This document shows positions 1 to 9,734 of a stretch of 64,000 nucleotides of DNA, in pieces (positions within the stretch are counted from its first letter, which is position 1; every line of letters begins with the position of its first letter). The translations under genes were made by a program, and so were the position numbers. Source of the stretch: Escherichia phage vB_EcoM_VR20. Below the pieces are notes generated by a model that saw only the letters and a list, made by a program, of their open reading frames with translations, did no database searches and had not been told where the DNA came from. The DNA is taken from sequence record NC_028894.1; one strand, 5' to 3'.

Positions 1-478
1 CTTCGACAAGTTTTCTTCTTGCAGGAGTGGATAGGCCCATAAAAGGGGTATATCCAGCTGTGCCGAGTACGACAATCTGTTTGAAGCTTGCATAGGACAT
101 TCCGATAAGCTGTTCAAATTCCGCTTGGAAGTCTTTACTGCTGGCAGATTCATCAAGACGTTCACCGCCACAAGAGATTTCAAAAACGTTGGGTTTTTGC
201 CCGCGCTTGATATAGTATTCTTTTCCATCATATTCCATCCACAATTCAACGAGCATATCTTTTTTGTTGCTCGAGTTAATCAGCTGACCTTTCTTTACAT
301 CACGGAAAGGCTTACCGAACATAGCAAAGGTAACCGCTTCAAGGAACGTAGATTTACCTGCGCCATTCTTGCCGGTGACCAGAGTTTTTTGGACTTTATC
401 CAGTTCAACAGTAATCGGTTGAGCACCAACCGACATAATATTTTTATAGATAACTTTCTTAAGCTTAAAAGTCTTCAC
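1..478 (-). CDS. 46: Recombination endonuclease subunit gp46 (SbcC/Rad50-like ATPase), N-terminal part; gene continues past window start
   Basis: Minus-strand translation VKTFKLKKVIYKNIMSVG...GKNGAGKST (Walker A) matches T4 gp46 N-terminus; GTG start at 478 overlaps stop of upstream ORF; not in ORF track. Confidence 0.8.
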   Translation of the reverse strand, partial: MKTFKLKKVIYKNIMSVGAQPITVELDKVQKTLVTGKNGAGKSTFLEAVTFAMFGKPFRDVKKGQLINSSNKKDMLVELWMEYDGKEYYIKRGQKPNVFEISCGGERLDESASSKDFQAEFEQLIGMSYASFKQIVVLGTAGYTPFMGLSTPARRKLVE

Positions 479-693
479 AAAAGATTCCTTTTAATGTATC
501 TTTTAGACCATTCTATCATATCATCATAATCTAAAAAGCATTCATCAAATTCAGCCATGCAAACCACCCCCTGCGCCGTTTTTGATGTGATATAAATTAT
601 TCCGACATATCTAGAATCTTCTTCGGTATAATCAATATTTGCTACAAATTCATCATCAAGATTAAATTCAAAAGTCTTCATCATAATAAGCAT
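475..693 (-). CDS. Hypothetical small protein (46.1-position)
   Basis: 72 aa ORF, stop overlaps gene 46 start (GTGA); same strand as flanking genes. Confidence 0.4.
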   Translation of the reverse strand: MLIMMKTFEFNLDDEFVANIDYTEEDSRYVGIIYITSKTAQGVVCMAEFDECFLDYDDMIEWSKRYIKRNLL

Positions 694-931
694 CCTTGAT
701 GCATGATTCAGCCATATGAATTAATGTCTCTGGAGTATCATCTTCCATTACATTAAAGCTAAATTCCACGGCCCAATCGGTGACTACATAGACTTTGATA
801 AGTTGACCAGTTTCCCGGTCAGTGATAGCTTCAAACCAATACTTAATAGTATTCGGTTGATTATCGTCGTCAACCACATCACATTCGCGGATATGCTCAA
901 GCCCCGCTTCATTAAAATCATAAAGTCTCAT
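668..931 (-). CDS. Hypothetical small acidic protein (46.2-position)
   Basis: 87 aa ORF between 47 and 46, overlapping neighbours by a few codons. Confidence 0.4.
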   Translation of the reverse strand: MRLYDFNEAGLEHIRECDVVDDDNQPNTIKYWFEAITDRETGQLIKVYVVTDWAVEFSFNVMEDDTPETLIHMAESCIKDAYYDEDF

Positions 932-1947
932 GGTTGCACCTCAAGATATAATTTATTGGCCAATGCTTTGAGAGCTTTTGATTCTTTCTCATTGGCGTCA
1001 GGTAATGCATCGATATATTCTGCCATCATATCAGTTAAGCGTTTTATATCTAACTCTTCATCAGAGTCAGTCGTATCAACACTGTTATCAACCTTATTGA
1101 CAACACGCAATTCATGTACACGCTTTTCTAATTCGGATTCGAACTTGGTCAGGTCTTTATCGACTTTTTCTACAATAACACGGACTGATAAGTCTTTGAA
1201 GTCGTCGTAGTTAATAGTTTCGTTTGGATAGAAAATCTTCCGATGCCAGGTGGTTTCATTCGGAATAAATTTCATCTCTTCGGTTTCGGTATCAAATTCC
1301 CAGAACCCACGCGGGTCGTTCTCATCACCCGCTGTTAATGTCCATGGTGTCCCGATGTACTTAACGTTTGCAGCTTCTGAAATGGTATGAAAGTGACCAG
1401 ACCAAACTTGTTTGTACTTCTTAAGGAAATCAGGTTCAAGTCCGTGGGATTTCAATCCTTTATAGAAATAAAACCCAGTTAATTCCCAGTGACCGATGCA
1501 ATATTCAGCCCCAGAAGTTTTGATGTGTTGATGAATGTCAGTTGCGTTCTCGTCGCACATCCATGGAATCATATCAATCTGGCAACCGTCAAAATCAACA
1601 GTCGTTGGCTTATCGTAGATTTTAACATGGTCATACTTATTCAGGAGCTCAGTGATAGCATTAGGATGAATCTTATTCTTCAGATTCATGTCATGGTTCC
1701 CGACTATCGTGTGCATAGTAATTCCTGCTTCACGAAGGAGTTCCATAATCTCACGGCTGAATTCCATCGTCTTATGCGTTACGGCCTTACGGACGTCAAA
1801 AATATCACCATACTGAATCCAGACTTTAATTCCATTCGCTTTGGAATATGCAATCGCCTGTAAAATACCATCACGTTGAATGTTTTGAGCCCATGGGTCG
1901 TCAGCTTTGACACCTAAGTGCCAATCACCTAAATTTAAAATTTTCAT
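928..1947 (-). CDS. 47: Recombination endonuclease subunit gp47 (Mre11/SbcD-like phosphoesterase)
   Basis: MKILNLGDWHLGVKADD...GNHD...GHFH phosphoesterase motifs; start taken at internal Met (1947), ATGA overlap with upstream small ORF. Confidence 0.85.
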   Translation of the reverse strand: MKILNLGDWHLGVKADDPWAQNIQRDGILQAIAYSKANGIKVWIQYGDIFDVRKAVTHKTMEFSREIMELLREAGITMHTIVGNHDMNLKNKIHPNAITELLNKYDHVKIYDKPTTVDFDGCQIDMIPWMCDENATDIHQHIKTSGAEYCIGHWELTGFYFYKGLKSHGLEPDFLKKYKQVWSGHFHTISEAANVKYIGTPWTLTAGDENDPRGFWEFDTETEEMKFIPNETTWHRKIFYPNETINYDDFKDLSVRVIVEKVDKDLTKFESELEKRVHELRVVNKVDNSVDTTDSDEELDIKRLTDMMAEYIDALPDANEKESKALKALANKLYLEVQP

Positions 1948-2087
1948 AAGCCAAGCACCGTTATCGCAATGCAAAATAAAATTACTGAAATGAACCCGTC
2001 AGGAGTAGAAAAGAATCCTATCCAACAAGCTCTTGTGAATGTGTAGAATGCCATGAATAGCACGACATATCCTAAAAATAATTCCAT
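1944..2087 (-). CDS. Small hydrophobic protein (47 aa, 47.1-position)
   Basis: ORF MELFLGYVVLFMAFYTF..., GAGGAG SD upstream, stop overlaps gp47 start; below ORF-track size cutoff. Confidence 0.4.
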   Translation of the reverse strand: MELFLGYVVLFMAFYTFTRACWIGFFSTPDGFISVILFCIAITVLGL

Positions 2088-2107
2088 ATACTCTCCTCAG
2101 TTGGTTC

Positions 2108-2134
2108 ATTTTATCATCCCGAATATAAAGCAAA
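2108..2134 (-). promoter_or_regulatory. Candidate MotA-dependent middle promoter (MotA box TTTGCTTTA, 12 bp, TAAAAT)
   Basis: Minus-strand TTTGCTTTA at 2134-2126 and TAAAAT at 2113-2108, just downstream of a hairpin+T-tract, upstream of 47.1/47. Confidence 0.4.
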
Positions 2135-2152
2135 AAGGAAGCACTAGGCTTC
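2130..2152 (-). terminator. Rho-independent terminator-like hairpin (GGAAGC..GCTTCC) plus T-tract
   Basis: Inverted repeat GGAAGCctagtGCTTCC followed on minus strand by TTTTTG. Confidence 0.4.
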
Positions 2153-2317
2153 CTTTCCAATTAATACACCGTACAGAGGTTCGTGAGAAGACCTGAACTT
2201 GATAGGCTTATAGGTAATAGTACCTTCATTTTCTGCTTTAATACGAGCAGCTTCAAATTGAAGAATCATCTCGTTTTTGTCAGATTTAATCTTATCAAAA
2301 TCCGTCGAATTCGTCAT
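2144..2317 (-). CDS. Hypothetical small protein (57 aa)
   Basis: ORF MTNSTDFDKIKSDK... in the 47-55 interval. Confidence 0.3.
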   Translation of the reverse strand: MTNSTDFDKIKSDKNEMILQFEAARIKAENEGTITYKPIKFRSSHEPLYGVLIGKEA

Positions 2318-2375
2318 TCATATGACCTCTTAAAAATCTGGATGTTCGTCGTTCATTAGCCACCTGTCCATGTTA

Positions 2376-2576
2376 TCATCGTTGCCACCATTTCTTAAGT
2401 TGATGAGAATCGACCCAAACCTTGGCTACAGGCTCAATCTGAAAAATACCATCAGAATATTGGCCCATCATTTTGTATTCGGTTTCGGTTTGCTTGATAC
2501 AGATATTACCATATGAGCGAAGTCTGAAAGCGGCTCCAACAAGAAGCCGTTTAAAAGGTTTATTTACTAATGCCAT
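2376..2576 (-). CDS. Hypothetical protein
   Basis: 66 aa ORF, same strand, in 47-55 interval. Confidence 0.3.
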   Translation of the reverse strand: MALVNKPFKRLLVGAAFRLRSYGNICIKQTETEYKMMGQYSDGIFQIEPVAKVWVDSHQLKKWWQR

Positions 2577-2871
2577 TTACGATTTCCCAAATTTGTTTGC
2601 GAGTAGAATCCCACATCAACTTAATCAGGTCTTCCGTAACGGGTTGGCGGTAAATCCCACGCAGTTTAACAAGAGCATATTTGTATGCTTCAAAATTGTT
2701 TTCCAGCACTGCGCCTTGAGCATGCTTATTCAGTCGTGCAATTTCACGAGCATTCTTTTTCAGAATCTTCGCTGCTTGACTGGTTGCTTCGAGTGCGTTC
2801 GCTTCTTCGAGACGTTCCTGTGCTTCTTCAATCTGCTTATCGGTCAGTTGAGAAATATCTGGAGCTTGCAT
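2560..2871 (-). CDS. Hypothetical helical protein
   Basis: 103 aa ORF, charged/helical composition. Confidence 0.4.
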   Translation of the reverse strand: MQAPDISQLTDKQIEEAQERLEEANALEATSQAAKILKKNAREIARLNKHAQGAVLENNFEAYKYALVKLRGIYRQPVTEDLIKLMWDSTRKQIWEIVNGISK

Positions 2872-2872
2872 A

Positions 2873-3124
2873 TTAATCCTTGGGAGTTAACTCAATTGTA
2901 AAATATAGATTAGCATTATCCACATGATAACGGTAATCAACGTTATTGTCCGGAGAAGTAAATTCCAGATTCCGGACGTTTAAAGGGTCGATATCAATTG
3001 GAAGACCTTTTATGTCTCGCAGATAAAGTTTAATGAAATATGGGAGAGCCGTAAAGTCTTCCTCGATTTTATCTAAAAAATCGGTAATATCAAATTGATG
3101 TTCCATATAAAAAATCCAAATCAC
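2873..3124 (-). CDS. Hypothetical protein
   Basis: 83 aa ORF immediately downstream of gene 55. Confidence 0.4.
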   Translation of the reverse strand: MIWIFYMEHQFDITDFLDKIEEDFTALPYFIKLYLRDIKGLPIDIDPLNVRNLEFTSPDNNVDYRYHVDNANLYFTIELTPKD

Positions 3125-3647
3125 CCTCTTTATCTTTGGCGCTCTTATCAGACCCTGGCGCTTTAACTAAAGAGGATTCGTACTGTGTCATTTTGTCATA
3201 GATGTCCTGGATAAATGTTTCATCAGCCAGAGCCACCATATCGTCGTCACGTGAATCATATACGTTATGGACGAAGTAGCTATATTTCTTTGCCATTTCT
3301 TTACGTTCTTTTTTGATACGCTGAACGAAAGCATTGAAGCAAGCCATTGTTATGTAAGCATGTGGATTATCGTATTTTGTTTCGTCGAAGTTGTGAAGAC
3401 CTTTTATTGCGGCCTCAATTCCGTCTGCTATCATTTCTTGCTTCCAGGATTGGGTATATCCGGAGAAGTTGAAACGTTTGCTAAGACCTTCGGCTATAAG
3501 CATAATCGCCAGACCAATAACATCGTTCTGGCGAATAATTTTGTTCGGGTCGGTGTTCGCATTCAGCTTCTGTTTCCACTCCGAAATAGCTTTCAAAAGC
3601 TCTTTATTATTTACATAGTTATTCTTGGTTAATTTAATTTCGTTCAT
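3090..3647 (-). CDS. 55: Late-transcription sigma factor gp55
   Basis: 185 aa; YVNNKELL...[39 protein letters not shown] nearly identical to T4 gp55. Confidence 0.9.
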   Translation of the reverse strand: MNEIKLTKNNYVNNKELLKAISEWKQKLNANTDPNKIIRQNDVIGLAIMLIAEGLSKRFNFSGYTQSWKQEMIADGIEAAIKGLHNFDETKYDNPHAYITMACFNAFVQRIKKERKEMAKKYSYFVHNVYDSRDDDMVALADETFIQDIYDKMTQYESSLVKAPGSDKSAKDKEGDLDFLYGTSI

Positions 3648-3695
3648 ATCGCCTCACTTAGTATATGAATATTATATCATCCTTTATACAAAGCA

Positions 3696-3962
3696 TTAGC
3701 GAAGTAAACAGTAAGCCTGGAAGACCTTCTCCATAATTGCCTTAAATTCATGGATGTCAATATAAGGGATAACCTCGGCATCACTAATGAATTCCATCAG
3801 ACGGTCATGCTCGTTGCGGTATTGTCCTTCATTCAACATACTGATATGGGACTCCCAAGAGCCATACCCTTCTGCGTGTGGGAAGAATGTTATTTTCATG
3901 AATTCATCCACCCAAAACGTTCCCAGGTCCTGGATGGATATCATTGTATGATTGATGTGCAT
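3696..3962 (-). CDS. Hypothetical protein (55.x)
   Basis: 88 aa ORF in tight same-strand array. Confidence 0.4.
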   Translation of the reverse strand: MHINHTMISIQDLGTFWVDEFMKITFFPHAEGYGSWESHISMLNEGQYRNEHDRLMEFISDAEVIPYIDIHEFKAIMEKVFQAYCLLR

Positions 3963-4228
3963 CAGTACACCAATTGGGCAGCTTCTAAAACATCATCAAG
4001 CTTATCAAACTGGTCAATATAATCAATCCCACCAACTTCATCTTTAGCATACAACCAATATTGGTGAAATTCATATTCAATAATAAAGTGGTCACCTTCA
4101 ATCTGGAGAACGCCAGCATTATTAAATTGAACTGCATAACCCGTAAAGCGAACATCATTCAGGAGTTCTTCTTTCATAGTAATCATTTCCAAGTTTTTAT
4201 CGTAATTAGAGAGTTTTATTTTAATCAT
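3962..4228 (-). CDS. Hypothetical protein (55.x)
   Basis: 88 aa ORF, abutting neighbours. Confidence 0.4.
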   Translation of the reverse strand: MIKIKLSNYDKNLEMITMKEELLNDVRFTGYAVQFNNAGVLQIEGDHFIIEYEFHQYWLYAKDEVGGIDYIDQFDKLDDVLEAAQLVY

Positions 4229-4484
4229 TTAAGTAGTCCAGGAATTCGTCTAATGTCATGCCTTCCGCCCAAGCTTCCCAGGCATCGATTTTAGTGTACT
4301 TGGTTTTAGTACACATAGGATAGATTCTGAATTCATATCCCATTGAAATGAAATAATTTAAAGTCCTTTGTAAATAGTAACCTTGACTAATTTTATGAGC
4401 TCGGCGAATTCCATTAGCATACGTATGTTTGTATGATACTATTACCGCAACACCTTCAGGTAATTCAATAGCAGGACACATCAT
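4221..4484 (-). CDS. Hypothetical protein (55.x)
   Basis: 87 aa ORF, overlapping stop/start with neighbours. Confidence 0.4.
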   Translation of the reverse strand: MMCPAIELPEGVAVIVSYKHTYANGIRRAHKISQGYYLQRTLNYFISMGYEFRIYPMCTKTKYTKIDAWEAWAEGMTLDEFLDYLND

Positions 4485-4831
4485 TTCGCACCCTTAATAA
4501 TTTTCAGGTCAACAAAACCTTTCTTGCGCTGGGACTTCATACGCTTGATAGCTTTATCAGAAACTTCTTTGTTTTCGCGCAGAAGCGGCAGACCAAACGC
4601 TACTACATCGAATTCATTCAGGATATACTGGACAAGGCTTTCACGAATACGTGCTTTACCCATTGTCTGACCTTCTGCAATAATCAGCTTCTGTACATCG
4701 CCTTCCCACTGGTCCAGAATCTCAGGGGTAACGAAACCAGATTTCATCAGAGTGTTAACTTTAGCAAATGCGAAATTAGCGATGGTGTTAGTGATAGATG
4801 CAGTCATGATATATTCCTCAGTCTCATTCAA
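4481..4831 (-). CDS. Hypothetical protein (55.x)
   Basis: 116 aa ORF, coupled to downstream ORF. Confidence 0.45.
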   Translation of the reverse strand: MNETEEYIMTASITNTIANFAFAKVNTLMKSGFVTPEILDQWEGDVQKLIIAEGQTMGKARIRESLVQYILNEFDVVAFGLPLLRENKEVSDKAIKRMKSQRKKGFVDLKIIKGAK

Positions 4832-4879
4832 TTAAAATTTTATTATCCTAGGGTCATTATACCATGACCCCGTTGGTTT

Positions 4880-5077
4880 TTACTGCGCTTTAGCGCCTTT
4901 CCAACCTTCATACATCATTGCGGCGGAAATTAACAAAGCACCCGAGCAACTTGAATATTTGTGATTCCAAAACCAGTTTAGAAAAACTTCGTCATCAATA
5001 CCTTGAGCTATCATATTTTCAAAGAACTGACGGCGCGATTCAGCAATTCGCTGTGATAATTTAGATTCAGGATTCAT
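4880..5077 (-). CDS. Hypothetical protein
   Basis: 65 aa ORF. Confidence 0.3.
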   Translation of the reverse strand: MNPESKLSQRIAESRRQFFENMIAQGIDDEVFLNWFWNHKYSSCSGALLISAAMMYEGWKGAKAQ

Positions 5078-5302
5078 TTAAATTTTCCAGTTACCGTTTT
5101 CATCAATAAATTTAATCCAGTCATTTACTGACCACTTAGTTGTATCGCCTTTTGGAGCAGGATTTAAAGTGTATAATCCTTGTTTAAAAAGCATTCGTTT
5201 GATATTCATGTTTTCCTCAGCTGTAACGATAACACTCGTTTGATTTACGTTTTGCGACACGATGAGAAGTATTATAATCCAAATCATCCTCAACGTATAC
5301 AT
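5078..5302 (-). CDS. Hypothetical protein with N-terminal hydrophobic segment
   Basis: 74 aa; MIWIIILLIVS signal/anchor-like; overlaps alternative-frame ORF 5217..5510. Confidence 0.3.
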   Translation of the reverse strand: MYTLRMIWIIILLIVSQNVNQTSVIVTAEENMNIKRMLFKQGLYTLNPAPKGDTTKWSVNDWIKFIDENGNWKI

Positions 5303-5512
5303 CTTTTTTCAACTGACGAACTTCTTTACGCAGTTGACGATTCATCTCATTCTTGACTTCTGAATCAACGCCACGCATACGCTTCCATTTGTCTGAACGG
5401 AAGATATTTTCTTCAACTTGTTCCTGACTTACACCATCAGGCGCCTGACGACGCCCTGAATAATAAAAATCTTTTACAGACAATTCTTTGCGACGAATAG
5501 TTTTACCCATAG

Positions 5513-5767
5513 TTACCTCAGCAGTTTGTATCCAATAAGATTTTTAATGTACTGGATATCTTTGACATCCAAATCCAACTTAAGGTCTTTCAGACGGTCA
5601 CCCAGGGTCAAAAAGGTTACATGTTTCCAATTCTTCACTGGGCAACAATAAGTCTTAGGACCATTTGCAATTTCAATATTCTTATCAGTGACGGTGATAA
5701 AAATCAAACGTTCATCATCAAGATTAAGGGTGGCGACATTTTTCATTGAATGCAATTTCAGGCTCAT
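5513..5767 (-). CDS. Hypothetical protein
   Basis: 84 aa ORF. Confidence 0.35.
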   Translation of the reverse strand: MSLKLHSMKNVATLNLDDERLIFITVTDKNIEIANGPKTYCCPVKNWKHVTFLTLGDRLKDLKLDLDVKDIQYIKNLIGYKLLR

Positions 5768-5950
5768 AATTTAATTTCCTTAGCTATCGAACAAAATACA
5801 CCACGGTCACAAATCATTTTAATATTAAGGTCAATTATGGTATACCACACATCCAGGCTAGATATTTCAGTTACTAGAACAGCTTTGCCGTTGATTGAAT
5901 AATACTGGTTGACTTTAATTTCTTTATCTTGGATAGTCATAATGTTTTCC

Positions 5951-6000
5951 TCATCAGTAGTTGATGGGATAATGATACACCATTCAAAGGGGCTTGTACA
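5951..6000 (-). promoter_or_regulatory. Class I early-promoter/leader cassette
   Basis: TGTACA, ~17 bp, TGTATCATTATCCCATCAACTA...GAGGAAAA-ATG. Confidence 0.45.
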
Positions 6001-6008
6001 CCCCTTTT

Positions 6009-6326
6009 TTAATCTTCAATTAAGTCCTGGTCATACCCCAGGGATATCAGTTTTGTTTTAAAGGCAGGAATATTGGTCATTTTTTCATCATTGACAAAAA
6101 TCACCGGGTAACGAATGTTAAGGGTAGGATATCCAGCACGCTTAGCCAGAGACACGATTAAAGGCCTGTCATAAGCGATTTCAGAGCCTTGTTTGTTAAG
6201 GACTGAATAGAATGTATAAGGAAGGTTTAAGGAGCCCAGAAGGCTCCTGACGTGCATACAACCAGGGCATCGACCGACTTCTTCGGGGATACCATAGATT
6301 TCAATCTTAGTCGAGTTTTGGCCCAC
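6009..6326 (-). CDS. nrdH: Thioredoxin/glutaredoxin-fold redox protein (NrdH-like)
   Basis: 105 aa with CPGC redox motif near N-terminus; position just upstream of nrdG/nrdD as in T4. Confidence 0.55.
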   Translation of the reverse strand: MGQNSTKIEIYGIPEEVGRCPGCMHVRSLLGSLNLPYTFYSVLNKQGSEIAYDRPLIVSLAKRAGYPTLNIRYPVIFVNDEKMTNIPAFKTKLISLGYDQDLIED

Positions 6327-6618
6327 AGGAAATCACTCCTTGGTAGTCCCAGGTTTTTAGAACTTCTTCACAAACAGCTTCGTCATCAACAGTTTCATAA
6401 GGAACATAAATCTGAATAAGAAATCCGGTATCGTCGAAGCTGAAATAAACCGTCGGTTTGATTCCGTGAATCTCTGATAGAGCATAGATGTCTTTAAGGT
6501 CTTCTTCCTTATCGACAAAGAATTCCGGGTTCAGGTCACAGTCGTGGAAGTACCATTCATCACCGAACTTGTCCCACGCGGTCCAATTAGTAGTTACATA
6601 TTCTTCAAAACGTTTCAT
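6307..6618 (-). CDS. Hypothetical acidic protein
   Basis: 103 aa ORF. Confidence 0.4.
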   Translation of the reverse strand: MKRFEEYVTTNWTAWDKFGDEWYFHDCDLNPEFFVDKEEDLKDIYALSEIHGIKPTVYFSFDDTGFLIQIYVPYETVDDEAVCEEVLKTWDYQGVISCGPKLD

Positions 6619-6854
6619 TCTTTCACCTTCATCATTTTTGCGATGGTACTATGGATAGCCTGGATTCGTTTGTTGAATTCAGAGCTTTCGAGGCCAGGAT
6701 TGGTGCTTAACCAACCGATGATAACAAACAGCAAACCAAACGGGATGGCCAGAATAAGCAGACAAACGATGAACAAAACAAGCGTTATGTTTGCCAGAAT
6801 ATCTGCTGCAGCATTACGAAATTTATCCATATTTACCCTTAATTGATTAACCAA
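6615..6854 (-). CDS. Small membrane protein
   Basis: 79 aa with long hydrophobic stretch LVLFIVCLLILAIPFGLLFVIIGWL. Confidence 0.4.
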   Translation of the reverse strand: MVNQLRVNMDKFRNAAADILANITLVLFIVCLLILAIPFGLLFVIIGWLSTNPGLESSEFNKRIQAIHSTIAKMMKVKE

Positions 6855-6944
6855 GCATTGATAAGCACTAAACTATACTGCGAATAAAATTCTGGACCAA
6901 AATGAAAAATCATATCATTTATAGTACCCATAATGTAATTCAAT

Positions 6945-7415
6945 TTAATCATGTTTCCACACCCCATCGGTATTTGACCAAAGTCGCTGATTATCTGACC
7001 CTCGCCACAGTTTTTTGGTCGGAAGATTTTTCTCATACTTCCCATCAATAATAACATCAACATATTTAAGCATTTCTAGTTGTTTAATATCTTCAAACTT
7101 ATATCCTGTCCACATCCAAATGCTTTTATTGGGATAAAGATTTTTAATAGTTTGAACCACAGAGTGAATAACATCTCGGTTATCAGGATAGAGAGGGTCT
7201 CCTCCAGTTATAGTTAATCCTTCTATATAATCATTATTCAAACATTCAATTAATTGTTCTAGTGTTTCACCAGTGAATGGAACGCCATTTCTAGCATTCC
7301 ATGTTGATTTATTATAACACCCTTCGCATTTATGCAAACAACCTGTAACGAAAAGAACGACCCTACATCCAGGGCCATTCACAAAATCGCAAGGATAAAT
7401 TCTATCATAATTCAT
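6945..7415 (-). CDS. nrdG: Anaerobic ribonucleotide reductase activating protein NrdG (radical SAM)
   Basis: 156 aa; CDFVNGPGCRVVLFVTGCLHKCEGCYN cysteine cluster typical of NrdG. Confidence 0.85.
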   Translation of the reverse strand: MNYDRIYPCDFVNGPGCRVVLFVTGCLHKCEGCYNKSTWNARNGVPFTGETLEQLIECLNNDYIEGLTITGGDPLYPDNRDVIHSVVQTIKNLYPNKSIWMWTGYKFEDIKQLEMLKYVDVIIDGKYEKNLPTKKLWRGSDNQRLWSNTDGVWKHD

Positions 7416-9229
7416 TGATGTTTAACCCTATGCATGATTTCTTTATTTTTGCCGAGATTAAATCCACGTTCGTTCGGATTCCCTAAATAGCCGCATGTTC
7501 TTCTTATTGTGTTCATCTTTTTAGGGTCAGTTTCTCCACAAATAGAACAAACAAATCCGTTTTCAGTAGGAGTCATTTCATGGGTACTTCCACACGTAAA
7601 ACATTTATCTACTGGCATATTAACACCAAAATAATCTAAATGTTGTGCAGCATAATCCCATACAGCCTCAAGACCTTTTAAGTTATTTTTCATATCAGGA
7701 AGTTCAACATAAGAAATGTGACCGCCTGTCGCAATGAAATGATATGGGGCTTCACGAGAAATCTTTTCAAACGGGGTAATATTTTCTTCTACTGAAACAT
7801 GGAAACTGTTAGTGTACCAGCCTTTATCGGTAACATCTTTTACACTTCCGTATTTTTCGGTATCAAGTTTACAGAAGCGATAGCACAGGTTTTCAGCAGG
7901 AGTAGAATACAAACTAAAAGCAAATCCGGTTCTTTCAGTCCACTGCTTAAGACGAGCATTCATTTTAGTTAAAATTTCTTGTCCAATATCACGACCGACA
8001 AGAATATTCAATTCGTGAATACCAATGTATCCCAAAGACACTGAACTTCTACCGTTTTTAAATAACTCAATTATATCGTCATCAGGTTTAAGACGAACCC
8101 CGAATGCACCTTCTTGGTAAAGAATAGGAGCAACAGTCGCTTTAACTCCTTTTAAGGAACTAATTCTACACATCAAAGCTTCAAAACATAAATCCATTCG
8201 CTCATTGAACAATTCAGTAAATTTCTGTTCATTGAACTGTGTTCCAATATAAGAATCTAACGCAATACGAGGAAGATTTAATGTTACAACACCAAGATTA
8301 TTACGTCCATCAAGAATTTCATTACCAGTCGAATCTTTCCATACGCCCAAGAAACTACGACAACCCATTGGAGAAACAGGAATAGATGAACCAGTGATAG
8401 CTTTGTTATTCTTAGCTGAAATGATATCAGGATACATTCTTTTGCTTGCACACTCTAAAGCAAGCTGCTTAATATCATAGTTTGGGTCGTCTTTATAAAG
8501 ATTAACACCTTCTTCAACGAACATAACAAGTTTAGGGAAAATAGGAGTTATCCCATCACGACCAAGACCTTTAATACGATTTTTCAGAATTGCTTTCTGA
8601 ATCATTCGTTCAGTCCAGTCAGTTCCAGTACCAAATGTAATTGTCACAAAAGGAGTCTGACCATTTGAACTAAAGAGAGTATTTACTTCATATTCATAAG
8701 CTTGGAATGCATCATATACGTCTTTTTCTGTTTTAGATTGAGCATAATTCAACGCATCAGTGATTTGCCATTTTTCCGCGTCCTCAATATGTTTCGCATA
8801 GGTACGTTTAACATAAGGAGAAAGTACTTTATCTACATTCGCAAAAGTCGTTCCGCCATATTGATGGGAAGCAACCTGTGCAGTAATTTGTGCCATAATT
8901 GCAGTAGCAACACTGATTGATTTAGGAGTTTCAATCTGTGCATTACCGAGCTTAAACCCGTTCTCAAGCATTCCTTTTAAATCTACTAAACAGCAATTAG
9001 TAAATGGAAGAGCAGGGGAATAATCAATATCATGGAAATGAATAATTCCGCTTTCATGTGCTTTCATAATAAAAGACGCGACCATATTTTTGGCAATGTG
9101 TTTAGATACAATACCAGCCATAAGGTCACGTTGGGTTGGAAAAACACGAGAATCTTTATTAGCATTCTCGTTTAAAAGGTCTTTATTAGTTTTATGAATC
9201 AATCCTTCAATTTCGTTTTCAATTGTCAT
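7412..9229 (-). CDS. nrdD: Anaerobic ribonucleoside-triphosphate reductase NrdD (uninterrupted)
   Basis: 605 aa; C-terminal glycyl-radical/zinc ribbon region CFTCGS...CSICGE; no intron or inserted ORF. Confidence 0.9.
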   Translation of the reverse strand: MTIENEIEGLIHKTNKDLLNENANKDSRVFPTQRDLMAGIVSKHIAKNMVASFIMKAHESGIIHFHDIDYSPALPFTNCCLVDLKGMLENGFKLGNAQIETPKSISVATAIMAQITAQVASHQYGGTTFANVDKVLSPYVKRTYAKHIEDAEKWQITDALNYAQSKTEKDVYDAFQAYEYEVNTLFSSNGQTPFVTITFGTGTDWTERMIQKAILKNRIKGLGRDGITPIFPKLVMFVEEGVNLYKDDPNYDIKQLALECASKRMYPDIISAKNNKAITGSSIPVSPMGCRSFLGVWKDSTGNEILDGRNNLGVVTLNLPRIALDSYIGTQFNEQKFTELFNERMDLCFEALMCRISSLKGVKATVAPILYQEGAFGVRLKPDDDIIELFKNGRSSVSLGYIGIHELNILVGRDIGQEILTKMNARLKQWTERTGFAFSLYSTPAENLCYRFCKLDTEKYGSVKDVTDKGWYTNSFHVSVEENITPFEKISREAPYHFIATGGHISYVELPDMKNNLKGLEAVWDYAAQHLDYFGVNMPVDKCFTCGSTHEMTPTENGFVCSICGETDPKKMNTIRRTCGYLGNPNERGFNLGKNKEIMHRVKHQ

Positions 9230-9699
9230 TTTAAACTCTTTCTAAGCTGCTTCTTAAATGAAGCCATTAATTGTGTTTTTGTGTCAGATTCATTATAAGT
9301 CATACCGTTCAAAAGCATTTCCCGAATCATTTCTTCTTTCCCCAGACGGCCAAACTCTTTGGCTTTGTCTGTTACAAAATTGGGGTGAATATTGTTTTCG
9401 GTATAATCAGATTTCAGATAGACAAGCAAACTCTCCAACCATTCCAGGTAGTCAACATTGCGACCTTTCAGACCCGAACGGCTGAACTTATGCTTCATTT
9501 GCCCTTCTGTTCCATTGCACAGATTGCATAGTAACCCGCGAACCTTACCAGCTTTTGGCCCGTTCAATTCGTGGTCATGGTCAAGATGGTTGGCCTGAAC
9601 ATCAGAGTCCAAATCACGGTGGCAAATTGGACACTTACCAGCTTGTGCATCATAAAGTTTTTGTTTTTCTTCTTTGTATAATTTGCCAGTCAACAACAT
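9226..9699 (-). CDS. 49: Endonuclease VII (Holliday junction resolvase) gp49
   Basis: 157 aa; MLLTGKLYKEEKQK...HLDHDHELNGPKAGKVRGLLCNLCN matches T4 EndoVII. Confidence 0.85.
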   Translation of the reverse strand: MLLTGKLYKEEKQKLYDAQAGKCPICHRDLDSDVQANHLDHDHELNGPKAGKVRGLLCNLCNGTEGQMKHKFSRSGLKGRNVDYLEWLESLLVYLKSDYTENNIHPNFVTDKAKEFGRLGKEEMIREMLLNGMTYNESDTKTQLMASFKKQLRKSLK

Positions 9700-9734
9700 A
9701 ATAAACCCTTACCATTATTAGATAAGGGTATTTA

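Noticed and set aside
125-1863. Plus-strand ORFs 125..529, 803..1210, 1489..1863 in the 46/47 region
   Set aside because: They lie antisense to well-supported minus-strand genes (gp46, gp47), have low-complexity translations and no ribosome-binding sites; treated as shadow ORFs. The same reasoning applies to the other plus-strand ORFs between 1 and 44 kb.
5217-5510. 97 aa minus-strand ORF overlapping 5078..5302 in another frame
   Set aside because: Overlaps the neighbouring ORF by ~85 nt; which of the two is real cannot be decided from sequence alone, so only one was listed and at low confidence.
7412-9229. Group I intron / homing endonuclease in nrdD
   Set aside because: The NrdD reading frame is continuous over 605 codons with no inserted ORF or long untranslated insertion.
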